A stretch of 64,000 bases of DNA from the human T2T-CHM13v2.0 reference genome, Homo sapiens. The notes below the pieces were generated by a model, which saw nothing but the letters and a program-made list of their open reading frames with translations, ran no database searches and was not told where the DNA came from. Position numbers and translations under genes: made by a program. Each line of letters opens with the position of its first letter. The first letter of the stretch is position 1. Below, piece by piece: positions 44,101 to 59,740 of the stretch. The stretch lies in NCBI RefSeq assembly GCF_009914755.1, contig NC_060940.1. The stretch is one strand, 5' to 3'.

Positions 44101-47100
44101 TGATTCCATTCGATTCCATTTGATTATGATCCCATTCGAGTCCATTCAGTGATTCCACTCGTTTCCATTCCATGATGATTCCATTCCATTCCATTCAATG
44201 ATTCCATTCGATTCCGTTTGATGATGATTTCATTCGAGTCCATTTGATGATTCCATTTGATTCCTTTCGATGATGATTCCATTCGAGTCCATTCGATGAT
44301 TCTATTCGAATCCATTTGATGATTTCTTTTGATTATAGTTGGTGATGATTCCATTGGAGTCCATTCAATGATTCCATTTGATTCCAATCGATGGTGATTC
44401 CATTAGAGTCCATTTAATGATTCCATTTGATTCCAGTCTCTGATGATTACATTCGAGTCCATACGATGATTCCACTCAATTCCATATGATGATGATTCCA
44501 TTCGATTCCATTCGATGATTCCATTCTATTCTATTCAATGGTGATTCCATTCGAGTACATTAGATGATTCCATTCGATTCCATTCAATGATGATTCTATT
44601 TGTGTCCCTTAGATGATTCCACATGATTCCATTAGATGATGATACTATTTGAGCCCATCCAATGATTCCCTACGATTCCATTCGATGAGGATTCCATTCG
44701 ATTCAATTTATTGGTGATTCTATTCAATTCAATTCTTTGATTCCATTCCATTCCATTCGACAATGATTCCATTCGATTTCTTTCGATGATTCCACTCGAT
44801 TCCACTTGACATTGATTCCATTCGATTCCATTCAATGATTCCATTTGATTCCAGTGGATGATGATTGCCATCGATTCCATTCCATCACTCCATTCTATTC
44901 CATTTGATGATGATTACATTCGATTCCATTTGATGATTCCATCTGATTCTATTCGAGGATTCCATTTGATTCCATTCGATGATGATTCCATTCGAGTCCA
45001 TTCGATGATTTCATTCGAGTACATCCAATGATTCCATTCGAGTCCATTTGATGATTCCATTTGATTCCATTTGATAATGATTCTACTAGAGTCCATTCAA
45101 TGACTCCATTGGAGTCCATTCAACAATTCCATTCGACTCCATTTGATGATTCCATTCGATTCCATTTGATGGTTCCATTCGAGTCCATTTAATCATTACA
45201 GTCGAGTCCATTTGGTGATTCCACCGGATTTCTTTTGATAATGATACCATACAATTACATTTGATGATGATCCCATTCAATTTCATTTGATGGTGATTCC
45301 ATTAGAGTCCATTCGATGATTTCATTCGAGTCCCTTCACTGATTCCATCCGATTTCATTGGATGATGACTCCATTCGAGTCCATTCGATGATTCCACTCG
45401 ATTCCATTAGATGATTCCATTGGAGTCCATTTGATTGTTCCATTCGATTCCATTCGATTCCTTTCGAAGATTATTCCATTTGAGTCCATTCGATGATGAT
45501 TCCATTCCATTCCATTCGATGATTCCGTTTGATTCCATTCAATGATTCCCTTCGATTCCTTTCTTTGATGATTCCATTCCATTCCATTCAATGATTCCAT
45601 TCGAATCTATTCCATGATGATTCCTTTCGATTCCATTCGCTGATGTTTCCGTTCAATTCCATTCGATGATGATTCCATTCGATTCCATTCATTGAGGATT
45701 CCATTTGATTCCATTCAATGATGATTCCGTTCTATTCCATTCAATGATTGCATTCAATTCCATTCAATGATTATCCCCTTAGAGTAAACTCAACGATTCC
45801 ATTCAATACCATTCGATGATGATTCCTTTTGAGTCCATTCAATGATTTCATTCAAGTCCATTTGATGATTCCTTTCAATTCCATTCTATGATGATTCCAT
45901 TCGAGTCCATTCGATGATTCCATTCGATTGCATTCGATTATTCCATTATATTCCAGTCAACGATGATTCCATTCGAGTCCATTCGATGATTCCATTAGAG
46001 TACATTTAATGATTGCTTTGTTTTCAATTCGAAGATGATTACATTGGATTCCATTCTATGATACCATTCGATTCCATTCAATGATGATTCCACTCAAATC
46101 CATTGGATGATTCCATTCGTGTCCATTCGGTGATTTCATTAGATTCCATTCGAGGATGATTCCATTCGATTCCATTCGATGATTCCATTCAATTCCATTC
46201 GATGATGATTCCATTCCAGTCCATATGATCATTCCATTTGATTTCATTCGATGATGATTCCATTCGATTCCATTCGATGATTCCATTCTATTCCATTCGA
46301 TGATGATTCCATTCGAGTCCATTCGATGATTCCATTCGAGTCCATTTAATGATTCCATTGGGTTCAATTCAATGATGATTACATTGGATTCCGTTCTATG
46401 ATTCCATTCAATTCCGTTCATTGACAATTTGATTCCATTCGATGATGATTCCATTTGAGTTCATTCGATGATTCTATTCGATTCTCTTCGATGGTGATTC
46501 AATTCTATTATATTGGATGATTCCATTCGATTCCATTTGATGTTGATTCAATTCGATTCTATTCGATGATGATTCCATTGGATTTCATTTGATGATTCTA
46601 TTCGATTCCATTCAATGATGATTCACTTCTCGTCCATTGGATGATTCCATTTCATTCCATTCGATGATGATTCCATTCGATTCCATTCGATGATTCCATT
46701 TGATTCCATGCGTCGGTGAGCAATTCGATTCAATTCCATGATGATTCTATTTGATTCAATTAGATGATGTTTCCATTCGAATCCATTCCATGATTATTCC
46801 ATTGGAATCCATTCGGCGATGATTCCATATGAGTCAATTCAATGATGATTCCATATGGGTCCGTTCGATGATAATTCCATTTGATTTCATTCGGTGCTTC
46901 TATTCAATTCCAGTCGATGATGATTCCGTTGGAGTCCATACGATGATTCCATTTGATTTCATTTGATGATGATTCCATTCGATGATGATTACATTGGATT
47001 CCATTCTATGATTCCATTCAATTCCATTCGTTGATGATTCGATTCCATTCAATGATGATTCCATTTGAGTTCATTCGATGATTCTATTCGATTCCGTTCG

Positions 47101-50100
47101 ATGGTGATTCAATTCTCTTATATTGGATGAATCCACTCGATTCCATTTGATGATTATTCCATTGGAGTCCACTTAGTGAATCCTTCAGATTCTACTCGAA
47201 GATGATTCCATTCAAGTCCATTCGATGATATCATTCAATTCCATTCGTTGATGCTTCCATTCAAGTGCATTCGATGATATCATTCGATTCCATTTGATGA
47301 TAATTCCATTTGATTCCATGCGATGATTCTATTCGATTCCATTCAATGATAATTCCATTCAGTTCAGTGATTCCTCTGGACTCCATTTGATGATGATTCC
47401 ATTCAATGATTCCATTCGATTCTATTCGAAAATGATTCCATTTGAATCCATTTGATGATGATTCCATTAGATTCCATTTGATGATTCCATTCGATTCCAT
47501 GCGACGATGATTCCATTCGATTCCATGTGATGATTCCATTCTATTCTATTCGATGATGATTCCATTCGATTCCATTCGATGATGATTGGATTCGATTCCA
47601 TTTGATGTTTTCATTTGATTCCATTCGTTAATGATTTCGATCAATTCCATTCGATGATTCCATTTGATTCCATTCGATAATGATTACATCCGTGTCCATT
47701 CAGTGATTCCATTTGAGCCTGTTCAATAATTCCATTTGAGTCCAACCAATGATTCCATTCATTTCCATTCAATGATTCCATTCGAGTCCATTTGATCATT
47801 CCGGTAGGGTCCATTCGATGTTGATTCCATTGGAGTGCATTCGATGATTCCATTCGAGTCCATTTTATGATTTGATTCGAGTCCTTTCGATGATTTCATT
47901 CGATTCCACTCGATGATGATTTCATTCGAGTCCATTCGACACTTCCAATCGATTCCATTTGATGTTTCCATTCGAGTCCAATTGATGATTCCATTCAATT
48001 CCATTCGATGATGATTCCGTACGATTCCATTCTGTGATGATTCCATGTGATTGCATTCAATGATGATTCCTTTAGATTGCATTCGATTGTGATTCATTTC
48101 GTGTTCATTCTATGGTTCCACAGGTTTCCATTCGTGTCCATTCCATTATTCCATTCTATTCCATTTGATGATGATTCCATTCGATTCCATTCATTGGTGA
48201 TTCCACTCAATTCCATTCAATGATTCCATTCCATTTCTTTCAACAATGATTCCATTAGTTTCTAATCGATGATCCACTTGATTCCATTTGACGACGATTC
48301 CATTCTTGTCCATTCGATGATTCCATTTGATTCCATATGATGATGATTCCATTCGATTCCATACCATGATGATTCCATTCGAGTCCATTCAATGGTGATT
48401 CCATTCAATTCCATTCGATGATTCCTTTCGATTCCATTCGATGATGATGGCATTCGATTCCTTTCAATCATTCCCTTTGATTCCATTCAAAGGTGATTTC
48501 ATTCAAGTCCATTCGATAATTGCATTCGATTCCATTCTATGATGATTCCATTCGAGTCCATTTGATGATTCCATTCAATTCAAGTCAATGATGATTCCAT
48601 TCGATTCCATTCGATGATTCCATTGGATTCCATTCGATGATGATTCCATTCAAATCCATTCGATAATTCAATTCAAGTCCATTCGATGATGATTAAAATC
48701 GAATCCATTCAAAGATTCCATTCAGTCCCATTCGATGATTCCCTTAGATTCTATTCGATGATTCCACTTGATTCCATTTACGATGATTCCATTCGATTCC
48801 ATGTGATGATTCCATTCAATTCTATTCAATGCTGTTTCCATTTGATTCCATTCGACCATGATTGCCTTTGATTCCATTCAATGACTCCATTCGGTTCCTT
48901 TTGATGATGATTCCGTTCGATTCCATTTCATTATTCCATTTGATTCCATTGGATGAGTCCATTCGATTACATTCGATGATTATTCCATTCGAGTGCATTA
49001 GATGATTCCATTCGAGTCCATTCGATGATTCCATTCGATGTTGATTCTGTTCAAAGCCATTCGATGATTCCACTCGATTCCATTCGATGACTCCAGTTGA
49101 TCCCATTCGATGATTTCCTTTGATTCCCTTTGATGATCATTGCACTTGATTCAATTCGGTGATTTCATTTGATTCCATTCAGTGATGTTTCCATTCGACT
49201 CCATTCGATGATGATTCCATTCGACTCCATTCGATTATGATTTCATTCAATTCCATTCGATAATGATTCCCTTTGAGTCCATTCGATGATTCCATTCGAT
49301 TCCATTCAACGATGATTTGATTCGTGTCCATTCGATGATTCCATTTGATTCCACTTGATGATGATTCCATTCGAGTCCATTTGATGATTCCATTCAATTC
49401 CATTCTCCGATGATTTCTTTTGAGCCCATTCAATGCTTCCACTCGATTCCATATGATGATGACTCCATTCGATGAAATTCGATGATGATTCCATTCGCTT
49501 GCATTCGATGATGATTCCACTTGAGTCCATTAGAAGATTCTATTCAATTACATTCCATGACGATTCCGTTCGAGTCCATTTGATGATTCCATTAGACTCC
49601 ATTCGACGATGATTCCATTCGATGTTATTCGATGATTCCATTCGATCTCATTCGATGATGATTCCATTCAACTCCATTCGATGTTTCCATTCGAGTTCAT
49701 TCTATTATTCCATTAGATTCCATTCGATGATGATTCCATTCGATTCCATTTGATGATTGCATTCTATTTCATTTGATGATGATTCCATTCGAGTCCACTC
49801 GATGATTCCATTCGAGTCCATTTAATGAATCCATTGGTTTCAATTCTATGATGATTACATTGGATTCCATTCGTTGATGATTTCATTCGGTTCCATTCAA
49901 TGATGATTCCATTCAATTCCTTTCAATGTTTCCATTCAATTCCATACGATGATGATTCCATTTGATTTGATTCGACAGTGAGCCATTCGATTCAATTCCA
50001 TGATGATTCTATTTGATTCCATTGGTTGACATTTCCATTCGATTCCATTCGATGATGATTCCCTTTGATTCCATTCAAAGATGATTCCATTCTAGCCCAT

Positions 50101-53100
50101 TCAATCATTCCATTCGATTCTATTCAATGATGATTCCATTCATGTCGATTTGGTGATTCCATTTGACTTCATTTGATGATGATTCCTTTCAAGTTCATTA
50201 GATGATTCCATTCGATTCCATTTGATGATGATCCCATTCGAGTCCATTCAGTGATTCCACTCGTTTCCATTCCATGATGATTCCATTCCATTCCATTCAA
50301 TGATTCCATTCGATTCCGTTTGATGATGATTTCATTCGAGTCCATTTGATGATTCCATTTGATTCCATTCGATGATGATTCCATTCGAGTCCATTCGATG
50401 ATTCTATTCGAATCCATTTGATGATTTCTTTTGATTATAGTTGGTGATGATTCCATTGGAGTCCATTCAATGATTCCATTCGATTCCAATCGATGGTGAT
50501 TCCATTAGAGTCCATTTAATGATTCCATTTGATTCCAGTCTCTGATGATTACATTCGAGTCCATACGATGATTCCACTCAATTCCATATCATGATGATTC
50601 CATTCGATTCCATTCGATGATTCCATTCTATTCTATTCAATGGTGATTCCATTCGGGTACATTAGATGATTCCATTCGATTCCATTCAATGATGATTCTA
50701 TTTGTGTCCCTTAGATGATTCCACATGATTCCATTAGATGATGATACTATTTGAGCCCATCCAATGATTCCCTTCGATTCCATTCGATGAGGATTCCATT
50801 CGATTCAATTCATTGGTGATTCTATTCAATTCAATTCTTTGATTCCATTCCATTCCATTCGACAATGATTCCATTCGATTTCTTTCGATGATTCCACTCG
50901 ATTCCACTTGACATTGATTCCATTCGATTCCATTCAATGATTCCATTTAATTCCAGTGGATGATGATTGCCATCGATTCCGTTTGATCACTCCATTCTAT
51001 TCCATTTGATGATGATTACATTCGATCCCATTTGATGATTCCATCTGATTCTATTCGAGGATTCCATTTGATTCCATTCGATGATGATTCCATTCGAGTC
51101 CATTCGATGATTTCATTCGAGTACATCCAATGATTCCATTCGAGTCCATTTGATGATTCCATTTGATTCCATTTGATTATGATTCTACTAGAGTCCATTC
51201 AATGACTCCATTCAAGTCCATTCAACAATTCCATTCGAGTCCATTCGATGATTCCATTCGATTCCATTTGATGATTCCATTCGAGTCCATTTCATCATTA
51301 CAGTCGAGTCCATTTGGTGATTCCACTGGATTTCTTTGGATAATGATACCATTCAATTACATTTGATGATGATCCCATTCAATTTCATTTGATGATGATT
51401 CTATTAGAGTCCATTCGATGATTTCATTCGAGTCCCTTCATTGATTCCATCCGATTTCATTGGATGATGACTCCATTCGAGTCCATTCGATGATTCCACT
51501 CGATTCCATTAGATGATTCCATTGGAGTCCATTTCATTGTTCCATTCGATTCCATTCGATTCCTTTCGAAGATTATTCCATTTGAGTCCATTCGATGATG
51601 ATTCCATTCCATTCCATTCGATGATTCCGTTTGATTCCATTCGATGATTCCATTTGATTCCATTCGACGGTGAGCAATTCGATTCAATTCCATGATGATT
51701 CTATTTGATTCAATTAGATGATGTTTCCATTCGAATCCATTCCATGATTATTCCATTGGAATCCATTCGGCGATGATTCCATATGAGTCAATTCAATGAT
51801 GATTCCATATGGGTCCGTTCGATGATAATTCCATTTGATTTCATTCGATGCTTCTATTCTATTCCAGTCGATGATGATTCCGTTGGAGTCCATACGATGA
51901 TTCCATTTGATTTCATTTGATGATGATTCCATTCGATGATGATTACATTGGATTCCATTCTATGATTCCATTCAATTCCATTCGTTGATGATTCAATTCC
52001 ATTCAATGATGATTCCATTTGAGTTCATTCGATGATTCTATTCGATTCCGTTTGATGGTGATTCAATTCTATTATATTGGATGATTCCACTCGATTCCAT
52101 TTGATGATTATTCCATTGGAGTCCACTTAGTGAATCCTTTAGATTGTACTCGAAGATGATTCCATTCCAGTCCATTCGATGATACCATTCAATTCCATTC
52201 GTTGATGCTTCCATTCAAGTGCATTCGATGATATCATTCGATTCCATTTGATGATAATTCCATTTGATTCCATGCGATGATTCTATTCGATTCCATTCAA
52301 TGATAATTCCATTCAATTCAGTGATTCCCCTGGACTCCATTTGATGAATATTCCATTCAATGATTCCATTCGATTCTATTCGAAAATGATTCCATTTGAA
52401 TCCATTTGATGATGATTCCATTAGATTCCATTTGATGATTCCATTCGATTCCATTCGACGATGATTCCATTCGATTCCATTTGATGATTCCATTCTATTC
52501 TATTCGATGATGATTCCATTCGATTCCATTTGATGATGATTGGATTCGATTCCATTTGATGATTTCATTTGATCCCATTCGTTAATGATTTCGATCAATT
52601 CCATTCGATGATTCCATTCGATTCCATTCGATAATGATTACATCCGAGTCCATTCGATGATTCCATTTGAGCCTGTTCGATAATTCCATTTGAGTCCAAT
52701 CAATGATTCCATTCATTTCCATTCAATGATTCCATTCGAGTCCATTTGATCATTCCGGTAGGGTCCGTTCGATGTTGATTCCATTGGAGTGCATTCGATG
52801 ATTCCACTCGAGTCCATTTTATGATTTGATTCGAGTCCTTTCGATGATTCCATTCGATTCCACTCGATGATGATTTCATTCGAGTCCATTCGACACTTCC
52901 AATCGATTCCATTTGATGTTTCCATTCGAGTCCAATTGATGATTCCATTCAATTCCATTCGATGATGATTCCGTACGATTCCATTCTGTGATGATTCCAT
53001 GTGATTGCATTCAATGATGATTCCTTTCGATTGCATTCGATTATGATTCATTTCGTGTTCATTCTATGGTTCCACATGTTTCCATTCGTGTCCATTCCAT

Positions 53101-56100
53101 TATTCCATTCTATTCCATTTGATGATGATTCCATTCGATTCCATTCATTGGTGATTCCACTCAATTCCATTCAATGATTCCATTCCATTTCTTTCAACAA
53201 TGATTCCATTACTTTCTAATCGATGATCCACTTGATTCCATTTGACGACGATTCCATTCTTGTCCATTCGATGATTCCATTTGATTCCATATGATGATGA
53301 TTCCATTCGATTCCATACGATGATGATTCCATTCGAGTCCATTCAATGGTGATTCCATTCAATTCCATTCGATGATTCCTTTCGATTCCATTCGATGATG
53401 ATGGCATTCGATTCCATTCAATCATTCCCTTTGATTGCATTCAAAGGTGATTTCATTCAAGTCCATTCGATAATTGCATTCGATTCCATTCTATGATGAT
53501 TCCATTCGAGTCCATTTGATGATTCCATTCAATTCAAGTCAATGATGATTCCATTCGATTCCATTCGATGATTCCATTGGATTCCATTCGATGATGATTC
53601 CATTCAAATCCATTCGATAATTCAATTCAAGTCCATTCGATGATGGTTCCAATCGAATCCATTCAAAGATTCCATTCAGTTCCATTCGATGATTCCCTTA
53701 GATTCCATTCGATGATTCCACTTGATTCCATTTACGATGATTCCATTCGATTCCATGTGATGATTCCATTCAATTCTATTCAATGATGTTTCCATTTGAT
53801 TCCATTCGACCATGATTGCCTTTGATTCCATTCAATGATTCCATTCGTTTCCTTTTGATGATGATTCCATTCGATTCCATTTGATGATTCCATTTGATTC
53901 CATTGGATGAGTCCATTCGATTACATTCGATGATTATTCCATTCGAGTGCATTAGATGATTCCATTCGAGTCCATTCGATGATTCCATTCGATTCCATTC
54001 GATGTTGATTCTGTTCAAATCCATTCGATGATTCCACTCGATTCCATTCGATGACTCCATTTGATCCCATTCGATGATTTCCTTTGATTCCCTTTGATGA
54101 TCATTCCGTTTGATTCAATTCGGTGATTTCATTTGATTCCATTCAGTGATGTTTCCATTCGATTCCATTCGATGATGATTCCATTCGACTCCATTCGATT
54201 ATGATTTCATTCAATTCCATTCGATAATGATTCCCTTCGAGTCCATTCGATGATTCTATTCGAATCCATTTGATGATTTCTTTTGATTACAGTTGGTGAT
54301 GATTCCATTGGAGTCCATTCAATGATTCCATTCGATTCCAATCGATGGTGATTCCATTAGAGTCCATTTAATGATTCCATTTGATTCCAGTCTCTGATGA
54401 TTACATTCGAGTCCATACGATGATTCCACTCAATTCCATATCATGATGATTCCATTCGATTCCATTCGATGATTCCATTCTATTCTATTCAATGGTGATT
54501 CCATTCGGGTACATTAGATGATTCCATTCGATTCCATTCAATGATGATTCTATTTGTGTCCCTTAGATGATTCCACATGATTCCATTAGATGATGATACT
54601 ATTTGAGCCCATCCAATGATTCCCTTCGATTCCATTCGATGAGGATTCCATTCGATTCAATTCATTGGTGATTCTATTCAATTCAATTCTTTGATTCCAT
54701 TCCATTCCATTCGACAATGATTCCATTCGATTTCTTTCGATGATTCCACTCGATTCCACTTGACATTGATTCCATTCGATTCCATTCAATGATTCCATTT
54801 GATTCCAGTGGATGATGATTGCCATCGATTCCGTTCGATCACTCCATTCTATTCCATTTGATGATGATTACATTCGATCCCATTTGATGATTCCATCTGA
54901 TTCTATTCGAGGATTCCATTTGATTCCATTCGATGATGATTCCATTCGAGTCCATTCGATGATTTCATTCGAGTACATCCAATGATTCCATTCGAGTCCA
55001 TTTGATGATTCCATTTGATTCCATTTGATTATGATTCTACTAGAGTCCATTCAATGACTCCATTCGAGTCCATTCAACAATTCCATTCGAGTCCATTCGA
55101 TGATTCCATTCGATTCCATTTGATGATTCCATTCGAGTCCATTTAATCATTACAGTCGAGTCCATTTGGTGATTCCACTGGATTTCTTTTGATAATGATA
55201 CCATTCCATTACATTTGATGATGATCCCATTCAATTTCATTTGATGATGATTCCATTAGAGTCCATTCGATGATTTCATTCGAGTCCCTTCATTGATTCC
55301 ATCCGATTTCATTGGATGATGACTCCATTCGAGTCCATTCGATGATTCCACTCGATTCCATTAGATGATTCCATTGGAGTCCATTTCATTGTTCCATTCG
55401 ATTCCATTCGATTACTTTCGAAGATTATTCCATTTGAGTCCATTCGATGATGATTCCATTCCATTCCATTCGATGATTCCGTTTGATTCCATTCGATGAT
55501 TCCATTTGATTCCATTCGACGGTGAGCAATTCGATTCAATTCCATGATGATTCTATTTGATTCAATTAGATGATGTTTCCATTCGAATCCATTCCATGAT
55601 TATTCCATTGGAATCCATTCGGCGATGATTCCATATGAGTCAATTCAATGATGATTCCATATGGGTCCGTTCGATGATAATTCCATTTGATTTCATTCGA
55701 TGCTTCTATTCTATTCCAGTCGATGATGATTCCGTTGGAGTCCATACGATGATTCCATTTGATTTCATTTGATGATGATTCCATTCGATGATGATTACAT
55801 TGGATTCCATTCTATGATTCCATTCAATTCCATTCGATGATGATTCCATTCCAGTCCATATGATCATTCCATTTGATTTCATTCGATGATGATTCCATTC
55901 GATTCCATTCGATGATTCCATTCTATTCCATTCGATGATGATTCCATTCGAGTCCATTCGATGATTCCATTCGAGTCCATTTAATGATTCCATTGGGTTC
56001 AATTCAATGATGATTACATTGGATTCCGTTCTATGATTCCATTCAATTCCGTTCATTGACAATTTGATTCCATTCGATGATGATTCCATTTGAGTTCATT

Positions 56101-58255
56101 CGATGATTCTATTCGATTCTCTTCGATGGTGATTCAATTCTATTATATTGGATGATTCCATTCGATTCCATTTGATGTTGATTCAATTCGATTCTATTCG
56201 ATGATGATTCCATTGGATTTCACTTGATGATTCTATTCGATTCCATTCAATGATGATTCACTTCTCGTCCATTGGATGATTCCATTTCATTCCATTCGAT
56301 GATGATTCCATTCGATTCCTTTCGATGATTCCATTTGATTCCATGCGACGGTGAGCAATTCGATTCAATTCCATGATGATTCTATTTGATTCAAGTAGAT
56401 GATGTTTCCATTCGAATCCATTCCATGATTATTCCATTGGAATCCATTTGGCGATGATTCCATATGAGTCAATTCAATGATGATTCCATATGGGTCCGTT
56501 CGATGATAATTCCATTTGATTTCATTCGATGCTTCTATTCAATTCCAGTTGATGATGATTCCGTTGGAGTCCATACGATGATTCCATTTGATTTCATTTG
56601 ATGATGTTTCCATTCGATGATGATTACACTGGATTCCATTCTATGATTCCATTCAATTCCATTCGTTGATGATTCGATTCCATTCAATGATGATTCCATT
56701 TGAGTTCATTCGATGATTCTATTCGATTCCGTTCGATGGTGATTCAATCCTATTATATTGGATGATTCCACTCGATTCCATTTGATGATTATTCCATTGG
56801 AGTCCACTTAGTGAATCCTTTAGATTCTACTCGAAGATGATTCCATTCGAGTCCATTCGATGATACCATTCAATTCCATTCGTTGATGCTTCCATTCAAG
56901 TGCATTCGATGATATCATTCGATTCCATTTGATGATAATTCCATTTGATTCCATGCGATGATTCTATTCGATTCCATTCAATGATAATTCCATTCAATTC
57001 AGTGATTCCTCTGGACTCCATTTGATGATGATTCCATTCAATGATTCCGTTCGATTCTATTCCAAAATGATTCCATTTGAATCCATTTGATGATGATTCC
57101 ATTAGATTCCATTTGATGATTCCATTCGATTCCATTTGACGATGATTCCATTCGATTCCATTTGATGATTCCATTCTATTGTATTCGATGATGATTCCAT
57201 TCGATTCCATTCGATGATGATTGGATTCGATTCCATTTGATGATTTCATTTGATTCCATTCGTTAATGATTTCGATCAACTCCATTCGATGATTCCATTT
57301 AATTCCATTCGATAATGATTACATCCGAGCCCATTCGATGATTCCATTTGAGCCCGTTCGATAATTCCATTTGAGTCCAATCAATGATTCCATTCATTTC
57401 CATTCAATGATTCCATTCGAGTCCATTTGATCATTCTGTTAGGGTCCGTTCGATGTTGATTCCATTGGAGTGCATTCGATGATTCCATTCGAGTCCATTT
57501 TAGGATTTGATTCGAGTCCTTTCGATGATTCCATTCGATTCCACTCGATGATGATTTCATTCGAGTCCATTCGACACTTCCAATCGATTCCATTTGATGT
57601 TTCCATTCGAGTCCAATTGATGATTCCATTCAATTCCATTCGATGATGATTCCGTACGATTCCATTCTGTGATGATTCCATGTGATTGCATTCAATGATG
57701 ATTCCTTTCGATTGCATTCGATTATGATTCATTTCGTGTTCATTCTATGGTTCCACAGGTTTCCATTCGATGACGTTTCCGTTCGTGTCCATTCCATTAT
57801 TCCATTCTATTTCATTTGATGATGATTCCATTCGATTCCATTCATTGGTGATTCCACTCAATTCCATTCAATGATTCCATTCCACTTCTTTCAACAATGA
57901 TTCCATTAGTTTCTATTCGATGATCCACTTGATTCCATTTGGCGATGATTCCATTCGTGTCTATTCGATGATTCCATTTGATTCCATATGATGATGATTC
58001 CATTCGATTCCATACGATGATGATTCCATTCGAGTCCATTCAATGGTGATTCCATTCAATTCCATTCGATGATTCCTTCCGATTCCATTCGATGATGATG
58101 GCATTCGATTCCTTTCAATCATTCCCTTTGATTCCATTCAAAGGTGATTTCATTCAAGTCCATTCGATAATTGCATTCGATTCCATTCTATGATGATTCC
58201 ATTCGAGTCCATTTGATGATTCCATTCAATTCAAGTCAATGATGATTCCATTCGA

Positions 58256-59740
58256 TTCCACTCGATGATTCCATTGGATTCCATTCGATGATGATTCCAT
58301 TCAAATCCATTCGATAATTCAATTCAAGTCCATTCGATGATGATTCCAATTGAATCCATTCAAAGATTCCATTCAATTCCATTCGATGATGATTCCCTTA
58401 GATTCCATTCGATGATTCCACTTGATTCCATTTACGATGATTCCATTCGATTCCATGTGATGAATCCATTCAATTCTATTCAATGATGTTTCCATTTGAT
58501 TCCATTCGACCATGATTGCCTTTGATTCCATTCAATGATTCCATTCGGTTCCATTTGATGATGATTCCGTTCGATTCCATTTCATTATTCCATTTGATTC
58601 CATTGGATGAGTCCATTCGATTACATTCGATGATTATTCCATTCGAGTGCATTAGATGATTCCATTCGAGTCCATTCGATGATTCCATTCGATTCCATTC
58701 GATGTTGATTCTGTTCAAATCCATTCGATGATTCCACTCGATTCCATTCGATGACTCCATTTGATCCCATTCGCTGATTTCCTGTGATTCCCTTTGATGA
58801 TCATTCTATTTGATTCAATTCGGTGATTTCATTTCATTCCATTCAGTGATGTTTCCATTCGACTGTATTCCATGATGTTTCCATTCGACTGCATTCGATT
58901 ATGATTTCATTCAATTCCATTCAATAATGATTCCCTTCGAGTCCATTCGATGATTCCATTCGATTCCATTCAACGATGATTTGATTCGTTTCCATTCGAT
59001 GATTCCATTGGATTCCATTCGATGATGATTCCATTCAAATCCATTCGATAATTCAATTCAAGTCCATTCAATGATGATTCCAATCGAATCCATTCAAAGA
59101 TTCCATTCAGTTCCATTTGATGATTCGCTTAGATTCCATTCGATGATTCCACTTGATTCCATTTACGATGATTCCATTCGATTCCATGTGATGATTCCAT
59201 TCAATTCTATTCAATGATGTTGCCATTTGATTCCATTCGACCATGATTGCCTTTGATTCCATTCAATGATTCCATTCGGTTCCTTTTGATGATGATTCCG
59301 TTCGATTCCATTTGATGATTCCATTTGATTCCATTGGATGAGTCCATTCGATTACATTCGATGATTATTCCATTCGAGTGCATTAGATGATTCCATTCGA
59401 GTCCATTCGATGATTCCATTCGATTCCATTCGATGTTGATTCTGTTCAAATCCATTCGATGATTCCACTCGATTCCATTCGATGACTCAATTTGATCCCA
59501 TTCGATGATTTCCTTTGATTCCCTTTGATGATCATTCCATTTGATTCAATTCGGTGATTTCATTTGATTCCATTCAGTGACGTTTCCATTCGACTCCATT
59601 CGATGATGATTCCATTCGACTCCATTCGATTATGATTTCATTCAATTCCATTCGATAATGATTCCCTTCGAGTCCATTCGATGATTCCATTCGATTCCAT
59701 TCAACGATGATTTGATTCGTGTCCATTCGATGATTCCATT
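58256..59740 (+). repeat. ~731-bp tandem duplication between two variant unit types (junction 58990-59009)
   Basis: ORF offset 58476/59207 = 731. caaatccattcgataattcaattcaagtcc occurs near 58302 and again near 59036. Confidence 0.85.
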
